The notes under the pieces were generated by a model, which saw only the letters and a program-made list of their open reading frames with translations, searched no databases and had not been told where the DNA came from. The position numbers were made by a program, and so were the translations under genes. Source: Fistulifera solaris (taxonomy: Eukaryota). Taken from it: a DNA stretch of 64,000 nucleotides. Where the stretch lies: NCBI GenBank assembly GCA_030295235.1, contig AP026150.1, positions 434,001-498,000 on the forward strand, in the 5' to 3' direction. This document shows positions 1-10,744 of this stretch, one piece after another (within the stretch, counting starts at the first letter, position 1; every line of letters starts with the position of its first letter).

Positions 1-222
1 TCAATAACAACATGGCTACAGTTTGAGGTGATCGGCAACGATGCAGACATCATGGAGATGGGGTATTACGCCAGAAAACTAGTTTCAGTCGGTTTTCATT
101 CTGTCAAAATGATCTTAGCTGTCTGCACGTACGAGGACGTAGACGCATTCGATTGGATGAAACCCGTGCACAAACGTCTCTTCCTCATGAGAGCAGGAAT
201 TGCAAGCTCATTGCTGGCATAG
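1..222 (+). CDS. 3' end of a gene running in from the left edge; C-terminal SAM-like domain
   Basis: Frame is open from base 1 (SITTWLQFEV...YARKLVSVGFHSV...EDVDAFDWMKPVHKRLF). This resembles the SAM pattern WL...Y..kL...GF.s...EDl...mKpgHk. Confidence 0.5.
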   Translation, partial: SITTWLQFEVIGNDADIMEMGYYARKLVSVGFHSVKMILAVCTYEDVDAFDWMKPVHKRLFLMRAGIASSLLA

Positions 223-1249
223 GTTTTTATATGGTAAAACGTTGCTAGTCCAAATGTTCATCCCAGAGTTCTTATTGCGTGGTGGCTTCGCATCCGGCAT
301 CAAAAAAGCATCAAGAAGCTTGCGTGGTGGGCATGGTGACGGTTGCTGGAAAGGTCGTTAGGTGCTGGGTTCTTTATCGCATAAAGTCTACGATTATTGC
401 TACGATTATTGGTGGTGATACATTATGGTGAATTGAGGTTGGTGTTGGTCAATGTTTAATGGAAAAAAGATAGAAGATGCATTTTCGATAATGCGAAATG
501 ATTATTTCTAACAACTGATGATGCTTGATGCTAATAATGCCGGAAGTTCGGAGTTCGGAGAAAAAATCGAATATTAAAGAACAAGTAAGAAGCAATTTGG
601 AACATTGCGCCATAGCCCCCTGAAATATTGAAAACAGTTCATCAGGAAGATCAGGAATCAGAATGGTCTTGTGTATTTTGTACATGATTACCCCAAGGCT
701 ACTCTTTTCTCTTTTGGAAGTAAGAAGTTGGAAGTCATTGGCCACGGTCATTGGTCGGGCAACAAAAATGAACGCCTTAAGAGGGAAAGTCGTTTCTTCA
801 ACTTGAACTTAGTCATTTTATTTATTTAAGTTACATATCTAATGTAAACGGTACTACGTAGAGGATAAAAGTTGCACTTTATTGTTGAATCTAATACCGT
901 TTTGACATGCTTGGGACATTGAAATCGTTTAGTGCTATTTGCATGAAACACGAAACACGAAAACCTAAATCAGATTGCGGATTCAAGGAGTACAGATTCT
1001 CCGTTCTTTATTGTTTCTTGTTGAGGGGCATAGATCCAATCTCGTTTTTCCGTTACTGTTAGACAGCAACATCTCCGTGAGCGGAACACGTGTTTCTTTA
1101 CTATAGAAGCTGTTCGTTTCGCGTTCCTCGTAAACGTGTTTGATCATCCACCGCGGCGAAAATGAGAACTGAGAACAAAACCACAACAAAAACATCGAGT
1201 CCATAAACCAATTCGATTCTTAAAAACAACACGAACACAAATAATCAAA

Positions 1250-2086
1250 ATGGATCAATGCCAAGAGCCTTACTTATCACCAAAGCCGTGCACCACGATG
1301 GAAATGGAATCCGTAGTAACCCCTGGTGAACAGGAGCCGTGTTTCTCTCCCAATCTTGTCTCCGAATTGCAAGCACAAGGTATCCTCCGCCTGAGAAAGG
1401 GACAGGTCGTGGAATCGATCTCGTGCTTTCATAAAAGTTTGAAATTGTTATCAAGAAATGAAAAGGATCAATTTGTTGACAGTCGGCTGACCTCAATAAT
1501 GCCGATTGTGGAAAACTCCGAAAGCAACGTTGAAATGAATTTTTTTCAAGAGAGATTTCTTTTCACGGTGGACTTGTCTCAAGAAAAGAGTTCGCTGTCT
1601 CGAAACGACGACATACTTGTTCAATTTCGACGGGCGTTGTATTTGCCACCCGATTCGGAGTTTATTCTTCGAGAAAACGAACTGTTTCATCACATCATGT
1701 CGGGAGTTCTCATGTACAATATCGGACTTGCCCTTCACATTGAAGGTCTCGAATCATGTCGATCCGAATTGCTACCGAATGCTCTCCATTTCTACGCTAT
1801 GTCCCATCACACTTTCACCGAACTATGTCGAGGATACGTGCATGTGGCCGATCGTCTCAACTTGGCTCTGTTGGCCATTGTGAACAACATCGCTCATATC
1901 AATGCGCACCAACGGAACATCAACGATGCACTCATTTTCTGCAATGAACTCTCCTTACGATTTTCCTGCATGCTCAGCGCTATCGAGCGAGGCGCTCCGG
2001 AGCTTCCGTGCGAGGATTATGAGGTATTTGTAGCCAATGTATGTTTCGGTACCGAGATGAGCCGTTATCCAGCTCCTGCGGCTTGA
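1250..2086 (+). CDS. Hypothetical TPR-like helical protein of a diatom-expanded type
   Basis: Intact 278-aa ORF after an A-rich leader; helical motifs VLMYNIGLALH...ALHFY...LAIVNNIAHI. Confidence 0.7.
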   Translation: MDQCQEPYLSPKPCTTMEMESVVTPGEQEPCFSPNLVSELQAQGILRLRKGQVVESISCFHKSLKLLSRNEKDQFVDSRLTSIMPIVENSESNVEMNFFQERFLFTVDLSQEKSSLSRNDDILVQFRRALYLPPDSEFILRENELFHHIMSGVLMYNIGLALHIEGLESCRSELLPNALHFYAMSHHTFTELCRGYVHVADRLNLALLAIVNNIAHINAHQRNINDALIFCNELSLRFSCMLSAIERGAPELPCEDYEVFVANVCFGTEMSRYPAPAA

Positions 2087-2397
2087 AACATCTTTGTTTG
2101 TTTCTCAGGTAATATCTATGAAGTGTATAAATGTAAATCCTTTACCTAGGAAATGATCAGAATGGTAATTATATTCTAGATGCACTTTCATCAAAGTAAA
2201 ACGCTAGTTGTACCGATACCAGGGATCGCGTTCAGGGAGGCCTTTTTCACGGAATAATTTGGTACCTTTACGACATTATGAGGTTTCGAATTTTTATCCC
2301 GATTTTGTTACGAATCATCAACAGAATGACGGCAACAAGTTAAATGCTTGATACAAAACTGTTGACGGAACTCTGCTTATAATTAACACGAGCGAAG

Positions 2398-3899
2398 ATG
2401 GGGGATTGTCAAATTCGGATTCAATACGATGTAGTATTGGAAACGACAAACGAAGTGGCAAAAGGTCGAGAAATGAAGACGTTGACCGATCAATCCTTCG
2501 CTTCGGACAGCACGGTTCATGAACTATTACTAGCTTTTCAAATCAATGGAAACTCTGTACTACAACTCATTTTGGAAGACAAAGTCTGCCTTTGGGATTT
2601 TACGGTATATCCGCCTGTGAACATTACGAAACAGTTCGATGCAACAACTACTCTTTTTACGGCGAGTTGGTTCCCTTCGGCTCGGCTTCAAATACTACCA
2701 ATGGGGAAAGCCCCTGTGACGGCCTCCTCGAATGCCTATGACGACGAGCCTGACAATATTCTTGAGGCGTATGATACGATCCAGTACGTCTCGCGCTCGG
2801 GTCAGGTTCTGTCGGGTCGAGATAAACCTTCGCAGTTGCTGCAATCGGCGATTGATACGTCCGTTTCTCAGGAAGATGAAAACTCGGCAAGAATCATTCG
2901 AAACGAATATCGTCAAAGATCGGTGCTGAGACAAAAGAAAGTCTGGAACGACTGCACAAACGAATACAAAATTTGGAGCAAAAGTCGGGGAAAACATCGG
3001 TGCAAGTCCGAAAGATGCTCATCAAAAGCCGCGCAACTGGGCGGCAGAATTTGATCGATCGTATCCACTTCAAGTGCTACGTCGTTCTTGATGATGGCGA
3101 AATGGAGCAAAGTGGAGAACAATATCGCTTTTTCTCGCCACAGGATACCGCCGGTAAGGTTGTCGAGTCATTCTCTCAGAACTGTGGCGCTCGTCGAGGT
3201 GAACTATTGGTGGCAACCAAGCCTGGTGTGTACCTTCGTCTGCCCACGTTGATGAGGCTGTATGAGGCAAGAGAAGCAAATTATGTGGAAGATTTCATGA
3301 CGGTGGTTATCCGCTTTTATGACACGGGCTTGTGTCTAGAATCGCCAAGTATCGAGGAAGGGGACAGAGCATCTGCCAGGGACGAACAAACAAGCACTGA
3401 TATTGCACCTATGACAACGTTCACCGCTTTGGACAAACAGGAAGTGTCCGCTCCCGTAAATGCTTCCGCAAAGACTTTGACAAAACTGCCACAACTTACC
3501 GCAGCACTGACGGCTTTGGATTCAAAGTCGAAAAACGGCGGATTGTCGAAGCCAAAGACCACAACCGTCGACAAGGTCAAACAAATGCAAATGAAGGCGA
3601 AAGCAAAAGGTGATGGAAAGCGAGTCAAACTTCCCGATCGATTCTATTTCGAGCTTGTTGTTGTTTCGAAAGACTGTCAAATTGATAAAGCCGAACCTGT
3701 TTTTATGGCCAAAAGTGATCCGTTGTCGCGCATTCCACGTGATTACGTTGCTGCACCGGGGCGCTTGCTCGTTCAACGTGATGCTGATAGTGGTGCTTTT
3801 TTCGAGATGATTGACGATACCAGCATCCGTTTTGAAGACGCTGTCAGTAAAGGAGTCCTGACCTCGTTCGGCCGAATCATTATACAGCTGGACGGATGA
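2398..3899 (+). CDS. Protein with a UBX-like N-domain and two ZFAND1-type ubiquitin-like repeats; one frameshift at about 2915-2930
   Basis: ORFs 2398..3054 and 2973..3899 join through the frame ETKESLERLHKRIQNLEQK. Internal repeat: VRKMLIKSRATG..LIDRIHF / VKQMQMKAKAKGD..LPDRFYF. TLFTASWFPSARL resembles a UBX C-terminus. Confidence 0.6.
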
Positions 3900-3969
3900 A
3901 AAGATGTACTAGTACGTTTTCGCTTTGAATCGTTGTGCTAAGGCCTTCCGTTTTGCCGGAGGCTCGTCT

Positions 3970-4900
3970 TCATGATTACTTTTCTTTGACGACAAACCAA
4001 ACCATGGAATTCAAATCGAAGACAAAAGGCTTCTTGCATTCGAAGTTGCGGGATACAGATGCATTACTATCGACTCCAATAGCAGGAAAAATTCTTTTGA
4101 AGCTCTGCCAATGAAAGGTTTTCAAAAGCATGTTTCAAGAAGACGCCGGGCCGCAACCAATTGTATCACCAATACCAAAAAAGGGCCAACTGACGCAGCA
4201 ATCGTGGAGACGTCCATCATCGCCATGATATCAGTAGGAAAATTTATCTTATCCTGCGAAAAGGACAATATAATCAAACCGGTGTCTATGGGAGTACGAT
4301 CGGATTGCAACAAGGTCAACCGTGTTTCTTGATCTTACCTGGCATACGCTTGAACCATCGAAATTTCTCCGTCGCTAAACCAATACCAACAGATTCTCCA
4401 GCTGATTTACGTGAGCTCCTAGGTACCCAAGGACGATGATCGTCTGTGTGAGGTGGAGGTAGAGTTGCTTCAAAATAAGAAATTAGACGAGGTGTGATGT
4501 TCACGACGGGTCGAGGAACCTCCATTGTGTGACCTGCCCTGTATGGAGAGACGAAAGGGGCCAATATTGGTCAATTGTGCTGCTTGTCGAAGAAGTAAGG
4601 AACTGTGGTGTGCTTTCGAGTCGTTTTCAGTTGCTTCTGTGTCACTAACGTCGGATGACGCAACGGATACTTGCTACAAAATGATCGACCTGCTTCTCCC
4701 ACTCGTCCTGTGTACTGAACTGCTCCGTCCCCATCATCTGTTGGAACCTCGGTTAGCGACAGCTTGAAAGAATCACGGGCCGTCGGTCGAAGCCTACATA
4801 AGGGATTTTTGACTACGGGCTGGAGGGCTGTTCGGTCAATGGTTGGTGGACCTTTTCGGCGGCCATGGACATGAGTGTTAGCGTATTCGGCCTGTTGTTG
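3970..4900 (-). pseudogene. Decayed F-box/SPRY paralogue (boundaries approximate)
   Basis: Fragments PNTLTLMSMAAEK, PFVSPY..VVNITPRLISYFE, RMPG|*DKFSY*YHGDDG, FGIGDTIGCG and FPAIGVDS..NF...PFVFDL match the neighbouring genes. In-frame TAA at 4249-4251 and TGA at 4231-4233; GT-AG intron at 4254-4338. Confidence 0.8.
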
Positions 4901-5188
4901 ATGTCAATTGCTTTTTAGTTTTCATAATTATAGTCGTTAATCCATCATCATCAACCACCAGATTTCTTTCGAGAAACGACAAATTAGTACATCATAGACC
5001 TAGTCTTTTGTCCTGTAAAGCCAAGCTGAGGATGAGAGAAGAGCCCTTCTCAAGGACATTTGTTAAACCCCATCTTCCAGTTTAAGACGACGTTTATAAC
5101 TAGAGAGAGGTTGAATGTGATGAACATTGGGAACATCTCGACACGTTGCGCAAGAACAATTCAGTGATAATATCAACACTATAATACA

Positions 5189-6589
5189 TTAATTTTGATC
5201 AATAAGCATCGACTGAAAGACGATTGAACTTTGGCTGCAGACCATCGCTTTTAAGTCAAACAAAAAGCCTTCTTCGCAACCAAAGTTGCAAGCAACGGGG
5301 CAATGCGTGTCCAAGCCCACAACAGGGTACAAATCCTGCTCCAATATTTTCAACGACAGCTTTTCAAATGCGTAGCCCAGGAAGTTGCCGTTCAGTGTGA
5401 AAAAAGATGGCGCGACGCTGATAGTCCACTCCACAGCCCACGGTATCACGAACTCCAAAAGTGGGGCCAAATTTGCGAATCATTTGTCCTTGGTTGTGAT
5501 AGACACCGCCGTCATCGCTGTGGTATCCAAAAGACTGGTCATCCCATCCCGCCATGCGGTTCGAAAAATGAAACTTTCGTGTGCCCACGCCAATGACGAT
5601 GCAGTCACCTTCCAATCTCGGTCGACGTGGACCATTCCAATGATTCGCAAATCGCAAGGGAATTTCGGGCACGTCTAATTGGGGACTTTCGATCGATACT
5701 TCAAAGTACGAAATAAGACGAGGAGTCAAGTGTACCCCGTCCATATCCAAAAAAGGAGCTACGAACGGTCTCCAAAAGGTCGTTCACGCTGAGGCACGCG
5801 ATGACAGAGACGGTGCACCAAATTACGCAAAGCAGGGAATGGTCGATGATCTAGCATTCGTTGCTTCGATGTACGCATTTGTTGTTTAGTGAGTTTCTGA
5901 GGTCGGGGCAGTGGTCGATCGGCTTCAATAGATCGATTTCCTTCTCCGATCGGACCGTGATACTGAATGGCGCGTCTACCGTCGGGAAGCTCGACTACGT
6001 ACAAGTTGGAAAAATTCGAACTGAAAGGCAGTCGATGAAGTAACTTGGAAAGACTCACCCGAGACATTTTCTGGGAAGCAAGTGATAGAAGAAAGACAAC
6101 GTTCGGCTCGGTGCTCTTTTCTTCGATGCAATGCATCGGAATGTGCAAGTCATCGACGATTCGTCGTTCCGGATTTAGCCAAGGCCATTCTCGGTGACAG
6201 ATTTCTCTGCGTACGCCGTCCGCTTCTCTGGAGGCAATAATATTACGAAGTCGATGATTGGTTTGTATTAGTGTGCGAGTCGAGGCATTGTCGCAAAAGC
6301 CCAGAATGCAAAGCAAGAGATCGTTGCTGAGTACGTCGAAGGGCACTTGCTCGTCGATCTGTGAGTGAGGAGGAAAGTGTTTATGACAACTAGACAAGGG
6401 ATAATTTTTGGTCAGCTGAGTATGATGATAATCTCCTGCATGCGAAGAAGTATCAGAGAGTTCATGGCAAGAACTGTCGGTATCACTGTTAGTGAGTGCA
6501 AAACGCTTCGCGTAAGGTTCGACCGCCGATGCTCTTTCAAAGATTGCTGTCTCTTTCATCGTAGATACAGTCGAATCAAGAGATGACAA
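5189..6589 (-). CDS. F-box / SPRY (RanBP9/10-type) protein; two frameshifts (~5790, ~5400)
   Basis: F-box-like PFDVLSNDLLLCILGFCD; SPRY motifs ISYFEV, RMAGWDDQSFGYHSDDG, FGVRDTVGCGVD, FFTLNG, LYPVVG. Spread over three consecutive ORFs with no in-frame stops once the shifts are corrected. Confidence 0.8.
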
Positions 6590-7301
6590 GAAAAGTCAGA
6601 AGGTGTGAAATGATCGATCGGATGACGGATGGGAATAGATACCAAAGAGAAATAATAGAATTCATTCGCCTTCATCATGATGGCGAGTGTTGGAAATGCC
6701 TTTTGTGTTCGCATCTTCGGCTCGGCGTTTGGCGGCGGCCATGGCGGCGTCATCTGTTCTGACTATCAAGAACCAAGAACCTGCAATACCGGTTCATTCG
6801 AAGAACAAGGACATTGTGCCCAAAGCTTGCACCTGTCGAACAGACAGCTTGCACGATTGGAGGCGCGAGGTATACTTCTACGTGGTGCAGTACCGAAAAC
6901 GTGCTCATCAAGGGTCAATTTGGTTTATAGTCTCCCTCAACATGTAGTTGGTTTGGCTGGAGTCCCGAGTCAAACATTATTTAGGGTTAGAGGTTAGAGT
7001 TGCAAATGTCGATATCCAGCTAAGAGCCGCGGCAGCGAAGCAAAGAACAGAAAGAAGCTATACCCGATACTTTCTTGCTGATAGTATTGAGTCGCGTTCG
7101 CCATGAAAACAAGTGACATGTGACATCCCAATACCGTTCAATCTTACACAGCTTGGTACAAACGCTTCCGAACTGTTCTCGATGTTGTCAAAACGTGTCG
7201 GTCGAAGAAGATCGCCTTTTGCAGAATTTCGTTCCTATTGTTGACTTTTTTAAAAGCTAAAAAACGAGAACTAATACACACTATTGATAACTAAAATAAC
7301 T

Positions 7302-8711
7302 ATGAGACGCGTTTCATCTCGACAACGCTTCGCTCTTTGGGATGGCTTTGCCGCTGTTTCGATGGAAAGTGACGGTGATGAGTACTCGTATGAGCACGAG
7401 GTCATGGATGACGCCACGCTCAAGCGCAAGAGACTCGAGGTTCGTCAAACCGAAAAACCACAAGAGACAGCTCGAGTCATTCCTGCTTATGAGTGGGAGA
7501 TTGATCGCTCGGAGGGTGCACCTCAAACCGACTTTCCTTTGAATATGCTCAACGATGATATCGCCGTGAGCGTCCTCGAATTCTGTGATTTACGATCCAT
7601 CCGAGATGTGATGCAAGTAAACCACCATTACCGTGATTTGATAACTTCCGAAAAGGCTGGATTGTTGTGGAAACACATTCTCTGCCAAAAATGGAATTGG
7701 CTTTCTCCGGAGAATATGCGCTTTGTCGATTCACTGGGTCTCCCTACGGTCGTAGCGCGTGATGCTACGACCAATTTTGCTCTCTTAATGACGCTAGCGG
7801 CCGCCGAGTCGCCCACTTGTATTGATGAATCGCGCTTTGCTCCGACAATATGGGGTCATGCGCTTCGTCGCATGCGCAACCGTCCCACGGATGATAATCA
7901 GCTAGAGCTGGAGACCGTGGCGATTGACGATGGAGACCGCGCCGTTCGTTTCACTGGACTTGTCGGTATGGGCGATCGTTGCATTCGCTCAGATCATCCC
8001 TTGCCTCGTCCGGAGCGTATCAACTCGAATACCATGTTTCTGGAAAGCCTCGAAGATCTTATCTTGCGGTATTCGCCGTTGCCAAAAGAACACGACGACA
8101 AGGTCGAAGAAGATTTACCAGAATGGAGACCTTTTGTGTCACCATTTGTGACCAAAATGGAGGAGGGACGACCGGTAGTCAATTTGTCACCGCGGCTCAT
8201 TTCCTATTTTGAGGTTTCCATCATGAGTGCACCGGTAGATGAAACAACAAGCAATGCCGCGCGGGTATTACATCACGGCTTTTTTCGCTTTGAGCAAGAG
8301 TGCACGGCTGTTGGGTTAGCAAACGAATATTTTGCTTTGCACTCTCGTATGCCGGGATGGGATTCTTGCTCGTTCGGCTACCATGGAGACGATGGTGGTA
8401 TCTTTCATAAAACCGGACATATGTTACGCGAGTACGGTCCTACATTCGGGGCCGGTGATGTCATTGGGTGCGGTGTCGATTATCACAAACGCGCTATCTT
8501 TTACACTCACAATGGAAAGTTTTTGGGCTACGCTTTCACATCTCTGACGGATCACGAGTTGGAGAAGGATTGGTATCCAGTCGTAGGTATCGATTCGAAA
8601 TCATTCATAAAGTGCAACTTTGGACAGACACCCTTCCTTTTTGATCTGGAAATAATGATGGAGGAAAGCAGTAGTATTGTCCGCAAGACGATTATCGGAT
8701 CCTTGCAGTAG
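7302..8711 (+). CDS. F-box / SPRY (RanBP9/10-type) protein, intact
   Basis: F-box-like PLNMLNDDIAVSVLEFCD; SPRY motifs YFEV, RMPGWDSCSFGYHGDDG, PTFGAGDVIGCGVD, IFYTHNG, NFGQTPFLFD. Start is ATG 7302 or 7362. Confidence 0.85.
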   Translation: MRRVSSRQRFALWDGFAAVSMESDGDEYSYEHEVMDDATLKRKRLEVRQTEKPQETARVIPAYEWEIDRSEGAPQTDFPLNMLNDDIAVSVLEFCDLRSIRDVMQVNHHYRDLITSEKAGLLWKHILCQKWNWLSPENMRFVDSLGLPTVVARDATTNFALLMTLAAAESPTCIDESRFAPTIWGHALRRMRNRPTDDNQLELETVAIDDGDRAVRFTGLVGMGDRCIRSDHPLPRPERINSNTMFLESLEDLILRYSPLPKEHDDKVEEDLPEWRPFVSPFVTKMEEGRPVVNLSPRLISYFEVSIMSAPVDETTSNAARVLHHGFFRFEQECTAVGLANEYFALHSRMPGWDSCSFGYHGDDGGIFHKTGHMLREYGPTFGAGDVIGCGVDYHKRAIFYTHNGKFLGYAFTSLTDHELEKDWYPVVGIDSKSFIKCNFGQTPFLFDLEIMMEESSSIVRKTIIGSLQ

Positions 8712-9089
8712 AACGACGGCCGAATTGTGGGATCGCTTACCTATGTATTGCTACATTATTTGTGAATAAATTACTTACTAGAAATAAAAATAGCAAAGAC
8801 TGTGTTGGAGATGAATTCTGTTAACACATTGAACTAAAGGGCTACATTTTAGTCAAGGTCTCAGATTGCCAGGTAAGGTTAGAGCGAAGCATTGCGTTCG
8901 CTATAGCATTGAGTCGGCCGACGCAAGGACGACCGTGAGCATTTACCTTGCACAGAGAAAAAAACACACAGCACCGCACCTCCTTTCTTTCTTACACACA
9001 TAAAACTTGAATGAAACGGAACGCAGTGGAAGCCGATTTTTCCTTGTTTAATCTCGCATTGTCATCTTGGCGCATCAAACAATTTATTC

Positions 9090-10055
9090 ATGTTCCCATC
9101 AAATAGGCTGAAAAGGCTGGTAACAGTCACCAATGTCTTGCTCGTTGTCTTCTCTCCGTTTACGACCGCTTCCGTCGGACGATCGTGGACGTTGTATCAT
9201 GCCATCGTAGACGGCACGAGTGAACCAGACTTTACGGTTCGTGGTCAAGTAACGTTATCCTTGAAAGACCCCAACGAAGTCTCGACGAAGAAAGACAAGA
9301 CATTGTCGTCCATTAAAGGAAAAGACACTGATTCACCATTCCTAGTCGAATTGCAACACACGGAAGAGAAGATATCATCTAATTTTATGCAACAAATTCT
9401 GAAAGAAGATTCGTTTTATCAATTAAAGCTGGTACCCAATGACTCGGGTTCGACTCCCTCGATCCTTTCTACTGTTCCCGCTTGTCAATTGCGTCGAGCG
9501 AACTTTCGGTGAGATTTATGCCTCCTTATTGTTTATTTGTCAAGTCGGTCCCTCAGTAATATATTTCTAACTTTGTGCATGTCAACTGCAGCGATGAATT
9601 TGTCCTAACACTCGGATCCGACGCGCAAGCCATTAGTATGACCTATATTCCACTCGTCTCGCCTCTGGCCCCCCGCTTCGTGTAGCCACTACGAAGCCTC
9701 AGACCATGACAAAGAATTTACTTTCCATTCCCGACTCTCCGCGGAAACTACCGTTCCGGGTATGACACTTAAGACGATTTTACCTGAATACCAGCCGCCA
9801 CCGGGACTGTCCTTCCTCAAAGGAGCGCACCTTCACGTTCAGGAAGCAATGGGGACTCAAAAGCAGGGCCAAGAGCAAGACAATAGTTTCCCTTATGGGT
9901 TTATGAGGAGATACTGGTATATTTTGCTGCCGCTGTTTTTGATGAACTTTATGTCCGCCGGCCCTTCGCCAGAACAAGGTGGTGCAGAGGGTGCTAGCGA
10001 AGGCACGCCCACCGCCGGTGCTGGTGCTCCAAAGCGTCGAGGAAAACGAGATTAA
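9090..10055 (+). CDS. EMC10: ER membrane protein complex subunit 10-like; intron 9509-9591; frameshift in C-run at ~9670
   Basis: Signal peptide, V-P-A-C motif (STVPACQL..ANFRDEFVLTL), and C-terminal FMRRYWYILLPLFLM transmembrane segment typical of EMC10. Splicing plus removal of one C restores the frame. Confidence 0.75.
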
Positions 10056-10744
10056 TGTAGAAATGGCTTACTAAGAAAGAGCAAGGAATCCATTGTGCTG
10101 TATTTTGTTTCCGTTTCGCAAAGTCATGTTGCTAACATGGGCATGTTGATCAGAGCTAGTAACTGTGATTATTTACATCATAAACTGAAAAATACTGTCA
10201 CATTTGACATCCACAGCAACCCTCCGTAATCTCTAAAACTCCCAGTAAAAGCTTTCATTCACTGTTCATGACTAAATCCAGTCCCTTTAGTCTGATACTC
10301 TCTAGGCTTGGTTTATCCGGAACGGACAACGGTGACTTTTGACGTACTCTGCAACGGAGATTAGTGAATGCACTATCCTCTTTGTAACTTGGCATCAACG
10401 GCTTGGTCACACCAGATGAGGATATAAAATAGTACTTTCCGGGTTGCGGCCGGCGTTCACCTGGGCAAAGTCAAAGATATCAAACCTTCATTCTCGTCCT
10501 CATCCACACGCAGGTGATGACGAAAACAAAATAAGTTGGCTTTGCAATGAACGAAAGCCTTTCTTTCTTGTTTAGCCAACGACAAACGTTTTGAATCTAC
10601 AAAAAGCAAGCTACTGCATCTATTTTTCCGTAGTCGTAATATTACATCGCTTTCGAGCTAACTCATCATGCAGGAAAATTACTTTGAGTCGATTCATCCA
10701 CCTGATTTGATTCATTTCGATGGACGAAGGACGCCGGAATCTGC

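Noticed and set aside
240..760. Possible transposon remnant / 100-aa minus-strand ORF
   Set aside because: Only short local duplications; no transposase or RT motif, terminal repeat or target-site duplication identifiable.
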